In this document: positions 1 through 14,000 of the stretch, piece after piece
Layout: every line of letters starts with the position of its first letter
Numbering within the stretch: the first letter of the stretch is position 1
Origin: Leucoraja ocellata
Taxonomy: Eukaryota
Direction: 5' to 3'
Length of the DNA stretch: 64,000 nt
Assembly (NCBI GenBank): GCA_036785375.1
Contig: JAWMAR010000307.1
Coordinates: 248,001 to 312,000, forward strand
Notes under the pieces: generated by a model
Databases searched by the model: none
Seen by the model: only the letters and a program-made list of their open reading frames with translations
What the model was told of the DNA's origin: nothing
Translations under genes and position numbers: made by a program

Positions 1-109
1 TTGTGTCTTGGGTCTATTTGTTTGTAATGTATGGCTGCAGAAACGGCATTTCGTTTGGACCTCAAGGGGTCCAAATGACAATTAAATGCATCTTGTATCT
101 TGTATCTTG
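1..109 (+). mobile_element. 3' end of a Rex1-type-tailed retroposon
   Basis: Stem-loop TTTGGACC-TCAAGG-GGTCCAAA and a (TCTTGTA)n tail. Reverse complement of about 8658-8757. Confidence 0.8.
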
Positions 110-2351
110 TAAAGCCCTCTATAACCATCTAACCCCCCTGTAAACCCCATGTAAACCCTCTAAACCCCATGTAAACATCTCTAAACCCCTGTAAACCACG
201 CTAAACCCCTCTAAACCACTATAATCCCCGGTAAATCCTTTTAAACCCCTGTAAACCCCTGCAAACCTCTCTAAGCATCTCTAAAACCCTTTACGCCCAT
301 ATAAACCCCCCCTAAACCACTCTAAACCTCGCTAAACATCTGCAAGCACATGTAATAACCTGTAAACCCCTCTAAACCCCTGTAAGTCCCTGTAAACCGA
401 TGTAAAGTGCTCTAAACCCCTCCAAACCACTCGAACCCCCTCTAAACCCCCAGTAAACACCATGTACACCCCCTATACCCCTCTAAACCCCATGTAAACC
501 CCCCTGAACCCGTGTAACCGCTCTAAACCCATTTAAACCCGCTGTAAACCTCTCTAAACCCCACTATCCAAACTCTAAACCCCTCTAAACCTGCTCTGAA
601 CCCAATGTAAACCCCCTAAAACCCTGTAAACACCTCTAAACCCTCTAAACCCCTCAACCCCTCTGAACCACTCTAAACCTCTCTAAATACCTGTAAACCC
701 CAATAAACCCCGTGCAAACCCATCTAAAACCCTCTAAATCCCTGTGAATCCCTCTAAACCGATATAAATCCCTGTAAACCCATCCAAACCACTGTAACCC
801 ACTCTAAACCCCTCTAACCCCCTCCAAAGTCTCCAAACCGCTCTAAACCTCCCTAGATACCTCCGAACCCCATGTAACCCCTCTAAACCACCTATAAACA
901 CCCCTAAACCCTCATGTAAACCCCCGTAAAACCCTCTAAAGCCGTCTAAACACCTCAAAACCTCTCTAAACACCTGCAAACCCATTTAAACCCATCTAAA
1001 CGCCATGTAAGCCCCTGTAAACCCCTCTAACCCCCTCCAAACCCCTCCAAACGGCTCTAAACCTCTCCCGACCCCTCCAATCACCTCCAACCCCCTCTAA
1101 ACCCCGATCCAACCCCTTGTAAATGATTGTAAAGCCATCAAAACCCCCCTATAAACACCATGTAAACCCGTCTAAACCCCTGTAAACCCCCTCGAAACCC
1201 TCTATAAAGCCGTCTAAACCCCTCTATAAAGCCTGTAAACCCCTATAAACCTCTATAAAGCCCTCTAAACCCATCTAAACCCCCCTGTAAACCCCATGTA
1301 AACACGATGGAAACCCCCATAAGCCCCTGTAAACCTTTCTAAACCCCTGCAAACCTCTCTAAAACCCTCTAAATACCCGTGAACACAAGTAAACCCCTCT
1401 AAACCCCACTAAACACATTTAAATCCCTCTAAACCCCTCCAAACCTCTCAACCCCCTCTAAACCCAACTAAACCCCCTCCAAATCCCATCCGATAACGCT
1501 CTAAACCTCTCCAGCCACCTCCAAACCGCATGCAAACCCCCTCTAAATCCCTCAAAACCGCTCCAAATTTCTCCAACCCCCCTATAAACCCCTCTAAACC
1601 CCTGTAAACCCCTCTAAACACCTTCAATCCCCTACAAACCCCCCTAAGCTCCAGTAAACACTTGTAAACCCCCGTAAACCCCTCTAGACCCCCTGTAAAC
1701 CCATATAATGCCCTCACAACCCCTCTAGATCCCCTGTAAACCCCATGCAAACCCCTTTAAACCCACTGTAAACCTCTCTAAGCCCCACTAACCACCTCTA
1801 AACCTGTTCTAAACCCCATGTAAACCCCCTAAAACCCTGTAAACCCCATGTAAATCCCCAAACCCCTGTAAACCCTTCTAAACCCCTGTAAACATCTCTA
1901 AACCCTCTAAACCCCTGAACCCATCGGAACCACTCTAAACCTCTCTAAATACCTGTAAACACCTGTAAATCCCTCTAAACCCCCTGCAAACCCATCTAAA
2001 ACCCTCTAATCCCCTCCAAACCCCTGTGAATCCCTCTAAACTGATGTAAATCCCTGTAAACCCCTCCAAACCACTCTAACCCGCTCTAAACCCCGCTAAC
2101 CCCCTCCAAATTCTCCAAACCGCTCTAAACCTCTCTAGATACCTCTGAACCCCGATAAAGCCATCTAAACCACCTATAAACACCCTGTAAACCCCATGAA
2201 AACCCCTCTAAACCACTGTGGACCAGTAAACGCCTCTAAACCCCGGTAAAGCCATCTAAACCCCTATAAAGTCATGTAAAATCCCCTAAACCCTCATGTA
2301 AACCCCCGTAAAACCCTCTAAAACCGTCTAAACACCTCAAAACCCTCCTGA

Positions 2352-3137
2352 GGCCCTCACTCCGGTAATCACGAAGTGCTTAGAGAGATTGGTCCTGCAG
2401 CACATCAAGGACTATCTACCACCAGACTTCGACCCCCACCAATTCGCTTATCACCAAAATAGATCCACGGAAGACGCCATTACTGTAGCTCTCCACTCTG
2501 TGCTGAGCCATCTGGAGCAGGGGCAGAGCTACGTCCGGATGCACTTTGTGGATTATAGCTCAGCTTTCAACACAATCATTCCGGACATTCTCATTGATAA
2601 ATTGGTCACTCTCGGCCTCCCCACTCTCACATGTGCCTGGATAAAAGATTTCCTCACCAACCGGCCCCAGACTATAAGACTCGGCCCCCACCTCTCCTCC
2701 ACTCGCATGTTGAGTACCGGCTCCTCACCGGCTCCTCACAGGGCTGTGTGCTAAGCCCCCTCCTATATTGTCTCTACACCTACGACTGTAGTCCGGCCCA
2801 CAACAACAACCGCATCGTCAAGTTTGCTGACGACACTACTGTAGTCGGACTTATTTCAAAGGGAGATGAGGCAGCCTACAGAGAGGAAGTCCTGAAGTTG
2901 ACAACCTGGTGCTCAGAAAACAATCTGGCGCTGAACACCAGGAAAACAAAATAGCTCATTGTCGACTTCAGGAGGCACAGCACCGACTTAATCCCCCTAC
3001 ATATCAACGACGAGTGTGTGGAGAGGGTCAACACCTTCCGGTTTCTCGACGTCCTTCTCTCTGCTGATATCTCCTGGACAGACAACACGACAGCTGTCAT
3101 CAAGAAGGCTCAGCAGCGGCTGCACTTCCTGGGGGTT
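2352..3137 (+). mobile_element. Rex1/Babar-like LINE RT fragment (frameshifted)
   Basis: [38 protein letters not shown] and [12 protein letters not shown] motifs across several frames. Confidence 0.9.
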
Positions 3138-4484
3138 CATCTAAACCCCCTGTAAACCCCATGTAAACCCCATGTAAACCTCCCTAAACCACTGTAAACT
3201 CCTCTAAACCCCAGTAAACCTCTGTAAAACCCTCTAAACACCTGTACACACAGGTAAACCCTGTGTAAACCCCTCTAAACACCCTGTAAACCTCTGTAAA
3301 ACCCTCTAAACACCTGTAAACACCTCTAAATCCATGTAAACCCCCCTCTAAACACTTCCAAACCCCCTGTAAACCCCATGTAACCCCCCCTAAACACCTG
3401 TAAACATCTTTAAAACCCTCTAAACCCCTATAAACCCATCCAAAATCCTCTAAACCCCTCTGAACCCCTGTAAATCTCTCTAAACCGATGTAAATTCCTA
3501 TAAACCCCTCCAAACCACACTAACCCCCTCTAAACCCCTTCCAAAACCCTCCAAATCCCTATAAAGCCCTCTAATCCCCTCTAAAGCCATCTAAAACCTC
3601 CTGTAAACACCATGTAAACCTCTCTAAACCCTATGTAAACCTCTCTAAACCCCCTGTAAACCGCTCTAAACACACATAAAGCCCTCTAAACCCCGCAAAC
3701 CCCATCTAAACTCCTGTAAACCTAAGTAAAAAAAAACGTAAACCCCTGTAAACTTCAAAACCTTCTAAACCACTCTAAACCTCTCTAAACAACTTAAATC
3801 CAAACCAAACCCCTCTAATCCCTTCTAAAACGCTCTATACCCCACCCAAACCATACAAATCCTTCTAAACCCCACCAAACCCATCTAACCCCTGCTAAAC
3901 CCATCTAAACCCATCTAAACCGCCCCAAACCCCTCTAAAGCCATATACAGCCCTATCAACCCCTATAACCCCACCTGTAAACCTCATGTAAACACCTCTA
4001 CACCCTGTGAACCACTCTAAACGTCTATAAACCGCAATAAAGTCCGCTAAACCCCTCAAAAGCTCTCTAAACCCCTATAAAGCCTTGTAAACCACTCTAA
4101 ACCCATCTAAACTCCCTGTAAACACCATGTAACCCCCCTAAACCCATGTAAACCCCGTGTAAAACCCTAAACCCCTGTACACCTCTGTAAACCCATGTAA
4201 ACCCCACGTAAACCCCCCTAAACACCTGTAAACTCCTCTAAACCCATGTAAAGCTCTGTAAAACCCTCTAAACATCTGTAAACATCTCTAAACCCATGTA
4301 AACCCCTCTAAATATCTCTACACTTGTAAACCCCTCTAAACCCCTGTAAAGCCTACTAAACACCTGTAAACATCTCTAAAACCCTCTAAAACCCTTCAAC
4401 CCGCTCTAAACCTCTCTAAATACCTGTAAACTCCCGTAAACACCTGTAAAACCCTCTAAATCCCTCTAAACCCCTCTAAACCTA

Positions 4485-5095
4485 TGAGTATAGAAGCTGG
4501 GATGTAATGTAATGTTAAAATTGTACAAGGCATTGGTGAGACCAAATCTGGAGTATGGTGTACAATTTTGGTCGCCCAATTATAGGAAGGATGTCAACAA
4601 AATAGAGAGAGTACAGAGGAGATTTACTAGAATGTTGCCTTAACAACTAAGTTACAGAGATAGGTTGAATAAGTTAGGTCTTTATTCTCTGGAGCGCAGA
4701 AGGTTAAGGGGGATCCTGATAGCGGTCTTTAAAATGATGAGAGGGATAGACAGAGTTGATGTGGACAAGCTTTTCCCTTTGAGAATAGGGCAGATTCAAA
4801 CAAGAGGACATGACTTCAGAATTAAGGGACAGAAGTTTAGGGGTAATATGAGGGGGAACTTCTTTACTCAGAGAGTGGTAGCGGTGTGGAATGAGCTTCC
4901 AGTGGAAGTGGTGGAGGCAGGTTCATTGGTATCATTTAAAAATAAATTGGATAGGCATATGGATGAGAAGGGAATGGAGGGTTATGGTACGAGTGCAGGC
5001 AGGTGGGACTAAGGGGAAAACAAAAATTGTTCGGCACGGACTTGTAGGGCCGAGATGGCCTGTTTCCGTGCTGTAATTGTTATATGGTTATATGG
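4485..5095 (+). mobile_element. CR1 LINE 3' fragment
   Basis: LGLYSLERRRLRG..RGH..FFTQRVVAVWNELP C-terminus, with a (TATATGGT)n tail. Confidence 0.92.
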
Positions 5096-7446
5096 TAAAA
5101 TCCATCTAAACCCCTCTAAACCTCTCCTACACCCCCAAACCCCTGCAAGCCCTCTCTAAATCCACCCAAACCCCTATAAAGCTATCTAACCCCCTATAAA
5201 CACCATGTAAACCTCATGTAAACCCCTCTAAACCGCAGTTAACTACTCAAGACGCCACTAAACCCATATAAAGCCCGCTAAGCCCCAGTAAACACCGGTA
5301 AACCCCTGTAAACCCCTCTAGATCCTCTAAACCCCTGTAAAGACGACTAAACATCTGTAAACATCTCTAAACCCTCTAAGACCCTTTAAACCGCTCTAAA
5401 CCACTACACACCCCTCTAAATACCTGTAAACACCTGTAAACCCATCTAAAACCCTCTAAACCCATCTAACCCCATCCAAATCCCTCCAAACTGCTCTAAC
5501 CCTCTCCAGGCACCTCCAAACCCCTGCAAACCCCCTCTAAATCCCTCCAAAGCTGCCCAAACATCCAAATACAGGGGTTTACAGGGGTTTAAAGCCACCC
5601 AACCCCTTATAACCCTCGGTAAACACAATGTAACCCCCTCTAAACCCCCTGTAAACCCCTCTAAAGACCTCTAAAACCCTGTAAACCATTGTAAACCCAT
5701 GTAAACGTTTCTAAACATCTGTAAACCTCTGTAAACAACTCTAAATCCCTCTAAACCACTATAAGCCCCTGTAAACCTTCTGTAAATGCACCTGAACCCC
5801 TCTAAATACATCTAAAACCCTGTTAACCGCTCTAAACCTCTGTGAATCTCTCTAAACCCCACCACACCTCTCTAACCGCCTCTAAACATCTCTAAACCCC
5901 TCCAACCCACTCTAAATCTCTCCAGACCCCTCCAATCCCATCCAAACCTCTCCAAACACCACTAAACCCCGTGTAAACCAGTCTAAACACATAAACTCAT
6001 CTCAACCTCTCTAAACCCATATAAAGCCCTTTAACCACTCAAAACTCATCTAGATCCCCTGTAAACCCATGTAAACCCCCCTAACCCCATGTAAAGCTCT
6101 ATAAACCCCTGTGAACCTCTCTAAAACACTCTAAAGCCGCCTAAATCCCTCTAAACTTCTAAACACCCGTAAACCCGTGTAAACCAAACTAAACCCATCT
6201 AAACCCCTGTACATCCCTCCAAACCCCACGTAAACCCCTCTAAACTACTGTTAACTACTGTAGACGCCTCTAAACCCTTATAAAGCCCGCTAAACCCCAA
6301 TAAACCACTGTAAACACCATGTAAACCCCCTAAACTACTGTAAACTCCTCTCAACCCTTGTAAACCTCTCTAAACCTGTTAATCTCTCTAAAACCTTCTA
6401 ATCACCTATAAACACATGTAAACCCATCTAAACCCCTTGTAAACCTCTCTATAACCCCTAAACATCCGTAAACCACTGTAAACCTCTGTAACCCCCTCTA
6501 AACACATATAAAGCCCACTAAACCGCTCAAAACCCATCTCACCCCCCCAAACCCCGTAAACCCCTCTAAACCCCAGTAAACCTCTCTAAACACATATAAA
6601 GCCCTCTAAACCCCTCACAGCCCATCAAAACACTTGTAAACCAATGTAAACTCCTCTAACCCCTCTAAATCTCTGTAAACCTATCGAAAACACTCTAAAG
6701 CCAACTAAACCCCTCTAAACCTATCTAAACTGCTCTAAACACCTGTACTCACATGTAAACCCATGCAACCCCATCTAAAATCCTCTAAACCCATATAAAC
6801 CCCCTGTACATCCCTCTAAATCCCTGTAAATCATTCTAACCCCCTCTAAACACCTCTCAACATTTGTAAACCCCGGTAAACCCCGCAAAGCCCCAGTAAA
6901 CACCTGTAAACCCCCATATAGCTCTCTAAAACCATCTATACCCCCTGTACACCCCCTGTAAACCCAATGTAAACCCCTCTAAACCCCATGTAAACCTCTC
7001 TAAACACCCTATAAAGACCCCTCTAAACCCCTGGTAACCTCTCTAAGACCCTCGAAACCTCTGTATACCCCTCTAAACCTCTCTACACATGTAAACACCT
7101 GTAAACCCCTTTAAACCCCTCTAAACCCCGCTAAACTAATCGAAACCCCCTCTAAACCACTCTAACCCCCTGTAAATCCTTCTAAACCCCCCTGTAAACC
7201 CCTATAAAGCACTGTAAACACATCTAAAGTCCCCTGTAAACATCATGTACACCCCCTAAACCTCTGTAAACCCCGTGTAAAACCCTTAAACCCCTGTAAA
7301 CCTACCTAAGACCCGCTAAACCCGTGTAAATCCCTCTAAACCTCTCTATGCCGGTAAACACCTGTGAACCCCATGTTAACACCTTTAAACCCATGTACTC
7401 TCTCTAAAACCCTCTAATCGCATGTAAACCCCTCTAAACCCCTCTG

Positions 7447-9632
7447 AGTTAAAAGGGCCTTTGCCAGCGTCAATCCACGCAAAGCTGCAGGGCCAGACAA
7501 CATTCCTGGATGCGTTTTAAGAGACTGTGCCGAACAACTGAAAGATGTCTTCACAGACATTTTTAACATCTCACTCAGCCAGGCAGTAGTGCCCAACTGT
7601 CTTAAGAGTGCCACCATCGTCCCTGTCCCGAAGAAACCAAACCCAGCCTGCCATAATAACTTTCGACCAGTGGCCCTAACACCCATTGTAATGAAGTGTT
7701 TTGAGCGACTAGTTATGCAGTACATCAAAAATAGTCTACCTGCCGACCTAGACCCACTGCAGTTCGCCTACAGAGCCAATCGATCCACAGAGGACGCAGT
7801 CTCAACAACACTGAACCTCGTATTGTCACATCTCGATCGGAAAAATACCTATGCCAGGATCCTCTTCATAGACTTCAGCTCTGCTTTCAATACAATCATT
7901 CCGCAGCAGCTGGTGGAGAAGTTGGAGCTACTGGGGGTTGATGCTGGCACATGCAACTGGGTCCTGAACTTTCTGTCGCAACGGCAGCAGACAGTCAGGG
8001 TGGGCAGTAGGACATCAAAAACCATAGCCGTGAGCACTGGCTCACCCCAAGGCTGTGTCCTAAGCCCCCTGCTGTTTAGTCTGCTGACACACGACTGTAC
8101 TGCCAGACTCAATAACAACTTCATCAACAAGTTCGCTGATGACACAACAGTGGTGGGTCTCATCAGTGACAATGATGAATCGGCGTACAGGATGGAGGTG
8201 GAGCTGCTCACAGGTTGGTGCAAATCCCACAACCTCATTCTTAACGTGGGAAAAACTAAGGAGATGGTGGTTGACTTCAGGAGGGCGGGGAAACAACACC
8301 ATACACCTCTGCACATCGACGGAGCTGATGTGGAAAGGGTCAGCAGCATGAAGTTCCTAGGACTACATCTGTCTGATGACCTGACGTCCACGGCCAACAC
8401 CACAGCTCTGGTCAAGAGAGCCCAGCAGCGACTACACCCTCTCCGAAGACTACGTAAAGCAGGTCTCCCCACTACACACCTACGGACTTTTTATAGGGGG
8501 ACTGTCGAGAGCACATTGACCTACGGCATCACTTCCTGGTTCGGGAGCTGCAAGGCGTACGAACGGCACCAACTAGACAGGATAGTGAAGACCGCCAGCA
8601 GGATTATTGGTGCTCCACTCCCCTTCCTGCTGGACATATACAGGAAGAGATGTATCAAGATACAAGATACATTTAATTGTCATTTGGACCCCTTGAGGTC
8701 CAAACGAAATGCCGTTTCTGCAGCCATACATTACAAACACATAGACCCAAGACACAACATAATTTACATAAACATCCATCACATCGCTGTGATGGAAGGC
8801 CAAATAAACTTATCTCTCCACTGCACTCTCCCCCCCCCCCCCCCCATGTCAGAGTCAAAGTCAAAGCCCCCGGCTGGCGATGGCGATTGTCCCGCGGCCA
8901 TTAAAGCCACGCCGGGTGATGCAAGGTCGCACACCGGGTCTTGGTGTTAGAGCCCCCAGCGTGCGCTCGCAGAGTCCCGCGGCCATTCCAAGCCGCGCGG
9001 GGCAGTGATGTAGGCCCCGCTCCAGGAGCTCTTCAACCCAGCAACTCGGGCGGGGAAAGTCGCCATTGCGAGAGCCCTGAAAAGCGGTCTCCCTCCAGGG
9101 ACCCGCGGGCTCCCGGTGCCGCCGTCCACAGACCTGCCGTTGGAGCCTCCGACTCTCCGGACGGGCCGCAGCAGCAGCAGCAGCAGCGCTCCTCCACCGC
9201 TCCACCCGCTCCGGACTCGGCCAGCCTCAGCAGAGCCATCTCCATCATTAAAGACCCTTACCACCCATCGCATGACATTTTCTCCATCCTGCCATCTGGG
9301 AAGAGGTACAGGAGCATTAGCTGCAAAACCAGCAGGATGCTCCTCAGCTTCGTCCCACAGGCTATAAGACTGCTAAATGGACTTTGCCCCCTGCCAAGTA
9401 TCACGCGCAAACCCCCAACCTGGACACACTGCAGTAGAGCCACTGTTGTGCCGCTGCCGGTCGGAACGCCTGTTGAATGTTTAGTAGAGTGTTAAATTTG
9501 TTCATGATACATGTATTTTTTATTTCTATTTATTTTTCATGCACACTGAATGGACACTGGTTGAGAAACGTTTTTTTGTTTCCTCTGGGTATGCGAATAC
9601 TCAGGAAATGACAATAAAGATATACAATACAA
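7447..9632 (+). mobile_element. 5'-truncated Rex1/Babar-like LINE (RT ORF) interrupted by a nested insertion
   Basis: ORF 7589..8657 has full RT motifs ([22 protein letters not shown]). The frame resumes at about 9227 (SRAISIIKDPYHPSH..LPSGKRYRS). Ends with ACAATAAA and a (TACAA)n tail. Confidence 0.93.
8658..9226 (-). mobile_element. GC-rich non-autonomous retroposon with Rex1-type 3' tail, nested in the Rex1 element
   Basis: Splits the host RKRCI|SRAI with a TCA duplication. Its 3' end matches positions 1-109. Confidence 0.85.
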
Positions 9633-10878
9633 TAAACCATGCTAAACCTCTCTAAACACCCGTAAACACCTGTAAACACATGTAAACTCACTAAACCCCT
9701 CCTAACATATCTAAAACTATCTAGACCCCTGTAAATCCCTCTAAACGCCTCCAAACCTCTCCAGACCCCTCTAAACCCCTCCAAACCCCATGTAAACCCC
9801 TCAAAACCACTCCAAACCCATATAAACCCATCTACACCCTTATAAACACCTGTACACCCCATGTAAACCCCTGTAAACCATATGAACCACTCTAAACGCA
9901 TCTATACCCAATAAAGCAGGCTAAACCCCTCTAAACCCACATAAACCCCCTCTAAACCCCTCTAAAACCACATAAAACCCATCTAAAACCCCTGTAAACT
10001 CCATGTAAATCCCCCTAAATCCCTGTAAACACCAGGTAAACCCCCCCCCCCTTAACCTATGTAAACCACTCTAAACCACTACAAACCTCTCTAAAACCCT
10101 GTAAACCCCTGTAAACCCCATCCAAATCTCTCTACACACCTATATACTCTAAACCCCTCAAAACACATCTAAACCTCTGTAGACCCCAAGTAAATCCCCC
10201 TAAACCCCATGTAAACATATTTAACACCTTCTAAAGCCTCTAAAGCCGGCTAAACCCCTCTAAACACCTGCACACCTGTAACCCACTCTAAACCCATCTA
10301 AACTCATCTAAAACACTCTAAACCATTCTAAACGCCTGTAAATCCCTCTAAAGCCTAGTAAATCCTCTAAACCCCCTGTAAATCCCATGTAAACACCCTT
10401 ACACCCCTGTAAACCCTTCCAATCCCCTGTAAGCATCTCTAAACCCCTCTAAACCCCACTAAACCTCTCTAAACACCTGTAAACCTCATGTAAACCCTTG
10501 GAAACCTCTCTTAAAACCCTCCAAACCTCTGTAAATCCCTCTAAACCTCTCTACACATGTAAACACCTGTAAACCCCTTTAAACCGCTCTAAACCCCGCT
10601 AAACCAATCCAAAACCCTCTAAACCAATCTAACCCCCTGTAAATCATTCTAAACCCGCTGTAAACCCATTTAACACCCTCTAAAGCCGTCAAAACACCTG
10701 TAGACCCATCAAAACCCCTGTAAACCTCTCGAAAACACTCTAAAGCCATCTAAACCCCTCTAAACCTATCTAAACCTCTCTAAACACCTGCAATCATCTG
10801 TAAACCCATCTTCCATCTAAAACCTCTAAACCCATGTAAACCCCTGTACATCCCTCTAGACCCCCTGTAGATCCATCT

Positions 10879-11053
10879 AACACCTGTAAACACATGTTTT
10901 AAGACTTTAAGATTTTTGCCTCCATCACAGTGAGGAGGTGCCTGGTGAACTCACTGTGGTGGATGTTAAATTTGTGTTTATTGTGTGTTTTTGTCATTTT
11001 TATTATATGTATGACTGCAAGGCACCGTAATTTCGTTCAGACCGAAAGGTTTG
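10879..11053 (+). mobile_element. 3' fragment of a related retroposon
   Basis: Hairpin TCCATCACAGTGAG...CTCACTGTGGTGGA and a TTCGTTCAGACCGAAAGGT tail motif. Non-satellite composition. Confidence 0.7.
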
Positions 11054-14000
11054 GATGGGTCTACAGGTGTTTTGACGGCTTTAGAGGGTGTTAAATGGGT
11101 TTACAGCGGGTTTAGAATGATTTACAGGGGGTTAGATTGGTTTAGAGGGTTTTGGATTGGTTTAGCGGGGTTTAGAGCGGTTTAAAGGGGTTTACAGGTG
11201 TTTACCCCTGTAAAGACCTGTAAACTCCGTGTAAACACCTGGAAACTTCTCTAAAACTCTCGAAACCTCTGTAAACCCCTCTAAACCTCTCTACACCTGT
11301 AAACACCTGTAAACCAAATCCTTCTAAACCTCATGTAAACCCCTGTAAACACCTCTAAACCCATCTAAAGTCCCCTGTAACCACCATGGAAACTCCCCTA
11401 ATCCCCTGTAAACCCCACGAAAACCCTACTAAACATCTGTAATCCCCTCTAAATCCATGAAAACCTTTCTAAACCCCTGTAAACTTCTCTAAACTCGCTA
11501 AACCCTTGTAAACCCCTCTAAACCTCTCTACGCCTGTAAACACATGTAAACCCCATGTTAACACCTTTAAACCCCTGTACACCACTCTAAAACCCTCTAA
11601 ACACATGTAATCACCTCTAAAACCTCTAAACACATGTAAACTCCTCTAAACCACGCTAAATCTCCCTAAACACCCGTAAACACATGTAAAGTCATGTAAA
11701 CCCATTAAACCCCTCTTAACACATCTAAAACTGTCTAAACCCCCCCCCCCCGCCAACCTCTCCAAACCGCTCTAAACCTCTCCAGACTCCTCCAAACCCC
11801 TGAACACCCCTCAAAACCACTCCAAGCCCCTCTAAACCGATATAAAGCCATCTACACCCTTACAAACACCTGTATACTACGTAACCCCCTCTAAATTCTG
11901 TGAACCACTCTAAACACATCTATACCCCCAATAAAGCCGACTAAACCCCTCTAAAACCATGTAAAATCTCTCAAAACACTAAACCTCTGTAAACCCCATG
12001 TACTCCCCCCCTAAACCCCTCTAAACCCCCTGTAAACCTCTTTAACACCCTCTACAGCCATCTAAACCCTTCTAAACCTCTAAACACCTGCTAACACCTG
12101 TATACCACTCTAAACCACTCTAAACCCCTCTAAACTAAAATGCTCTAAACCATTCTAAACGCCTGTAAATCTATCTAAACCCCTGTAATTCCCACTAGCC
12201 CCTAAACCCCCTGTAAACCCCATGTAAACCCCCAGAACCCATGTACACCCCATGTAAAACCTCTCTAATCCCATCTAAAACCCCTGTAACCTCCAAGTAA
12301 ACCCCTCTAAACCCCTCTAAACCCCGTGTAAACCCATTCAACACCCTCTAAAACTGTCTAAACCCCTCTAAACCTCTCTAAACACATGCAAACACCTGTA
12401 AACCTCTCTAAACTCATCTAAAACACTAAACCATTCTTAACGCCTGTAATTCCCTCTAAAGCCCTGTAAATCCCCATAAACTCTCTAAACCCCCTGTAAA
12501 CCCCCTGTAAACCCCCCTAAACTCATGTAAAACCTTCTAATCCCCTGTAAACATCTCGAAAACCCTCTAAACAGCTCTAAATACCTGTGAGCACCTGTGA
12601 ACACCTGTAACTCCCTCCAAACACGTCTAAACCCATCTAAAAACCTCTAAACCCCTGTAAATCCATCTAAACCGATGTAAATCCCTCTAAACCCCTCCAA
12701 ACCACTATAACCCCCTCGAAATCCCTCCAAACCGCTTTAAACCTCCTCAAATCCCGGCAAACCCCTCCAAAGCCCCCCGAACCCATGTAAACCCCTCTAA
12801 ACCCGCGTGAACCACTCTAAATGCCTCTAAACCGTTACAAAGCCCGGTGAACCTGTCAAAACCCCTGTAAAGCCCTGTAACCCCTATACAGCCCTGTAAA
12901 CCCCTCTAAACCCGTGTAAACCGCCCTGACCCCCTGTAAACACCATGTAAACCCACCGAAACCACTGTAAACACATATACACACATGTAAACCTCTAAAC
13001 CCTGTAAACCTCTGTACAACCTTCTAAACATCTGTACACACAGGTAAACCCTGTCGAAATTCCTCTAAACAACCTGTAAACTTCTCTAAAACCCTCTAAA
13101 CATTGGTAAACCCCTCTAAACCCCATGTAAACTCCATAAACACCTGTAAACATTTCTAAAACCCTCTAAACCCCACTAAACACCTCTAAACCTCTCTAAA
13201 TATCTGTAAACACCTGTAAATTCCTCTAAACCGATGTAAATCCCTCTAAACCCCTCCAGACCCCTCTAACCACCTCCAAATGCCTCCAAACCGCTCTAAA
13301 CCTCCCCAGACACCTACACACCCCTGCAAGCCCCCTCTAAATATCTCCAACCCCTTCCAAAGCGCTCCAAACCCCTATGAAGCCCTCTAACCCCCCCTCT
13401 AAACCACTGTAAGATACTATAACCCCATGTAAACCCCACTAAACCCCAGTAAAACCCATGTAAACCTCCCTAAACCACTGTAAACCTCTCTCAACCCCTG
13501 TCAAACCTTTCAAAACCCCAGTAAATCGCTCTAAAACCCTCTAAGCACCTATAAACACGTGTAAACCCTATGAAACCCCATCTAAACCCTCTGTAAACCA
13601 CTCTAGTACTTTATAAACACCTGTAACCACTGTAAACCTCTGTAAACCTCTCTAATCCGCTCTAAACACATATAAAGCCCTCTAAACCCCTCAAAACTCA
13701 TCTAAACTCCTGTAAACCTCATTTAAAAATCCTTAAACCCCTGTAAACCCCCCTAAAACCCTGAAAACCCAATGTAAACACCCCTAAACCCTGTAAACCC
13801 TTCTAATCCTCTGTAAACATCTTTAAACCCCACCAAACCACTCTAACCCACTCTAAACCTCTGTAAACAACTTAAATCCAAACCAAACCCCTCTAACCCA
13901 CTCTAAACCACCAAACCGCTCAAAACCTCTCCAGACCCCTCCAAACCCCTCTAAACCCCTATAACCCCTCGTAAGCCCCTCTAAATCCATGTAAACCACT

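Noticed and set aside
7589-8950. 453-aa intact RT gene
   Set aside because: A 5'-truncated LINE whose last ~95 residues are read-through into an antisense nested insertion.
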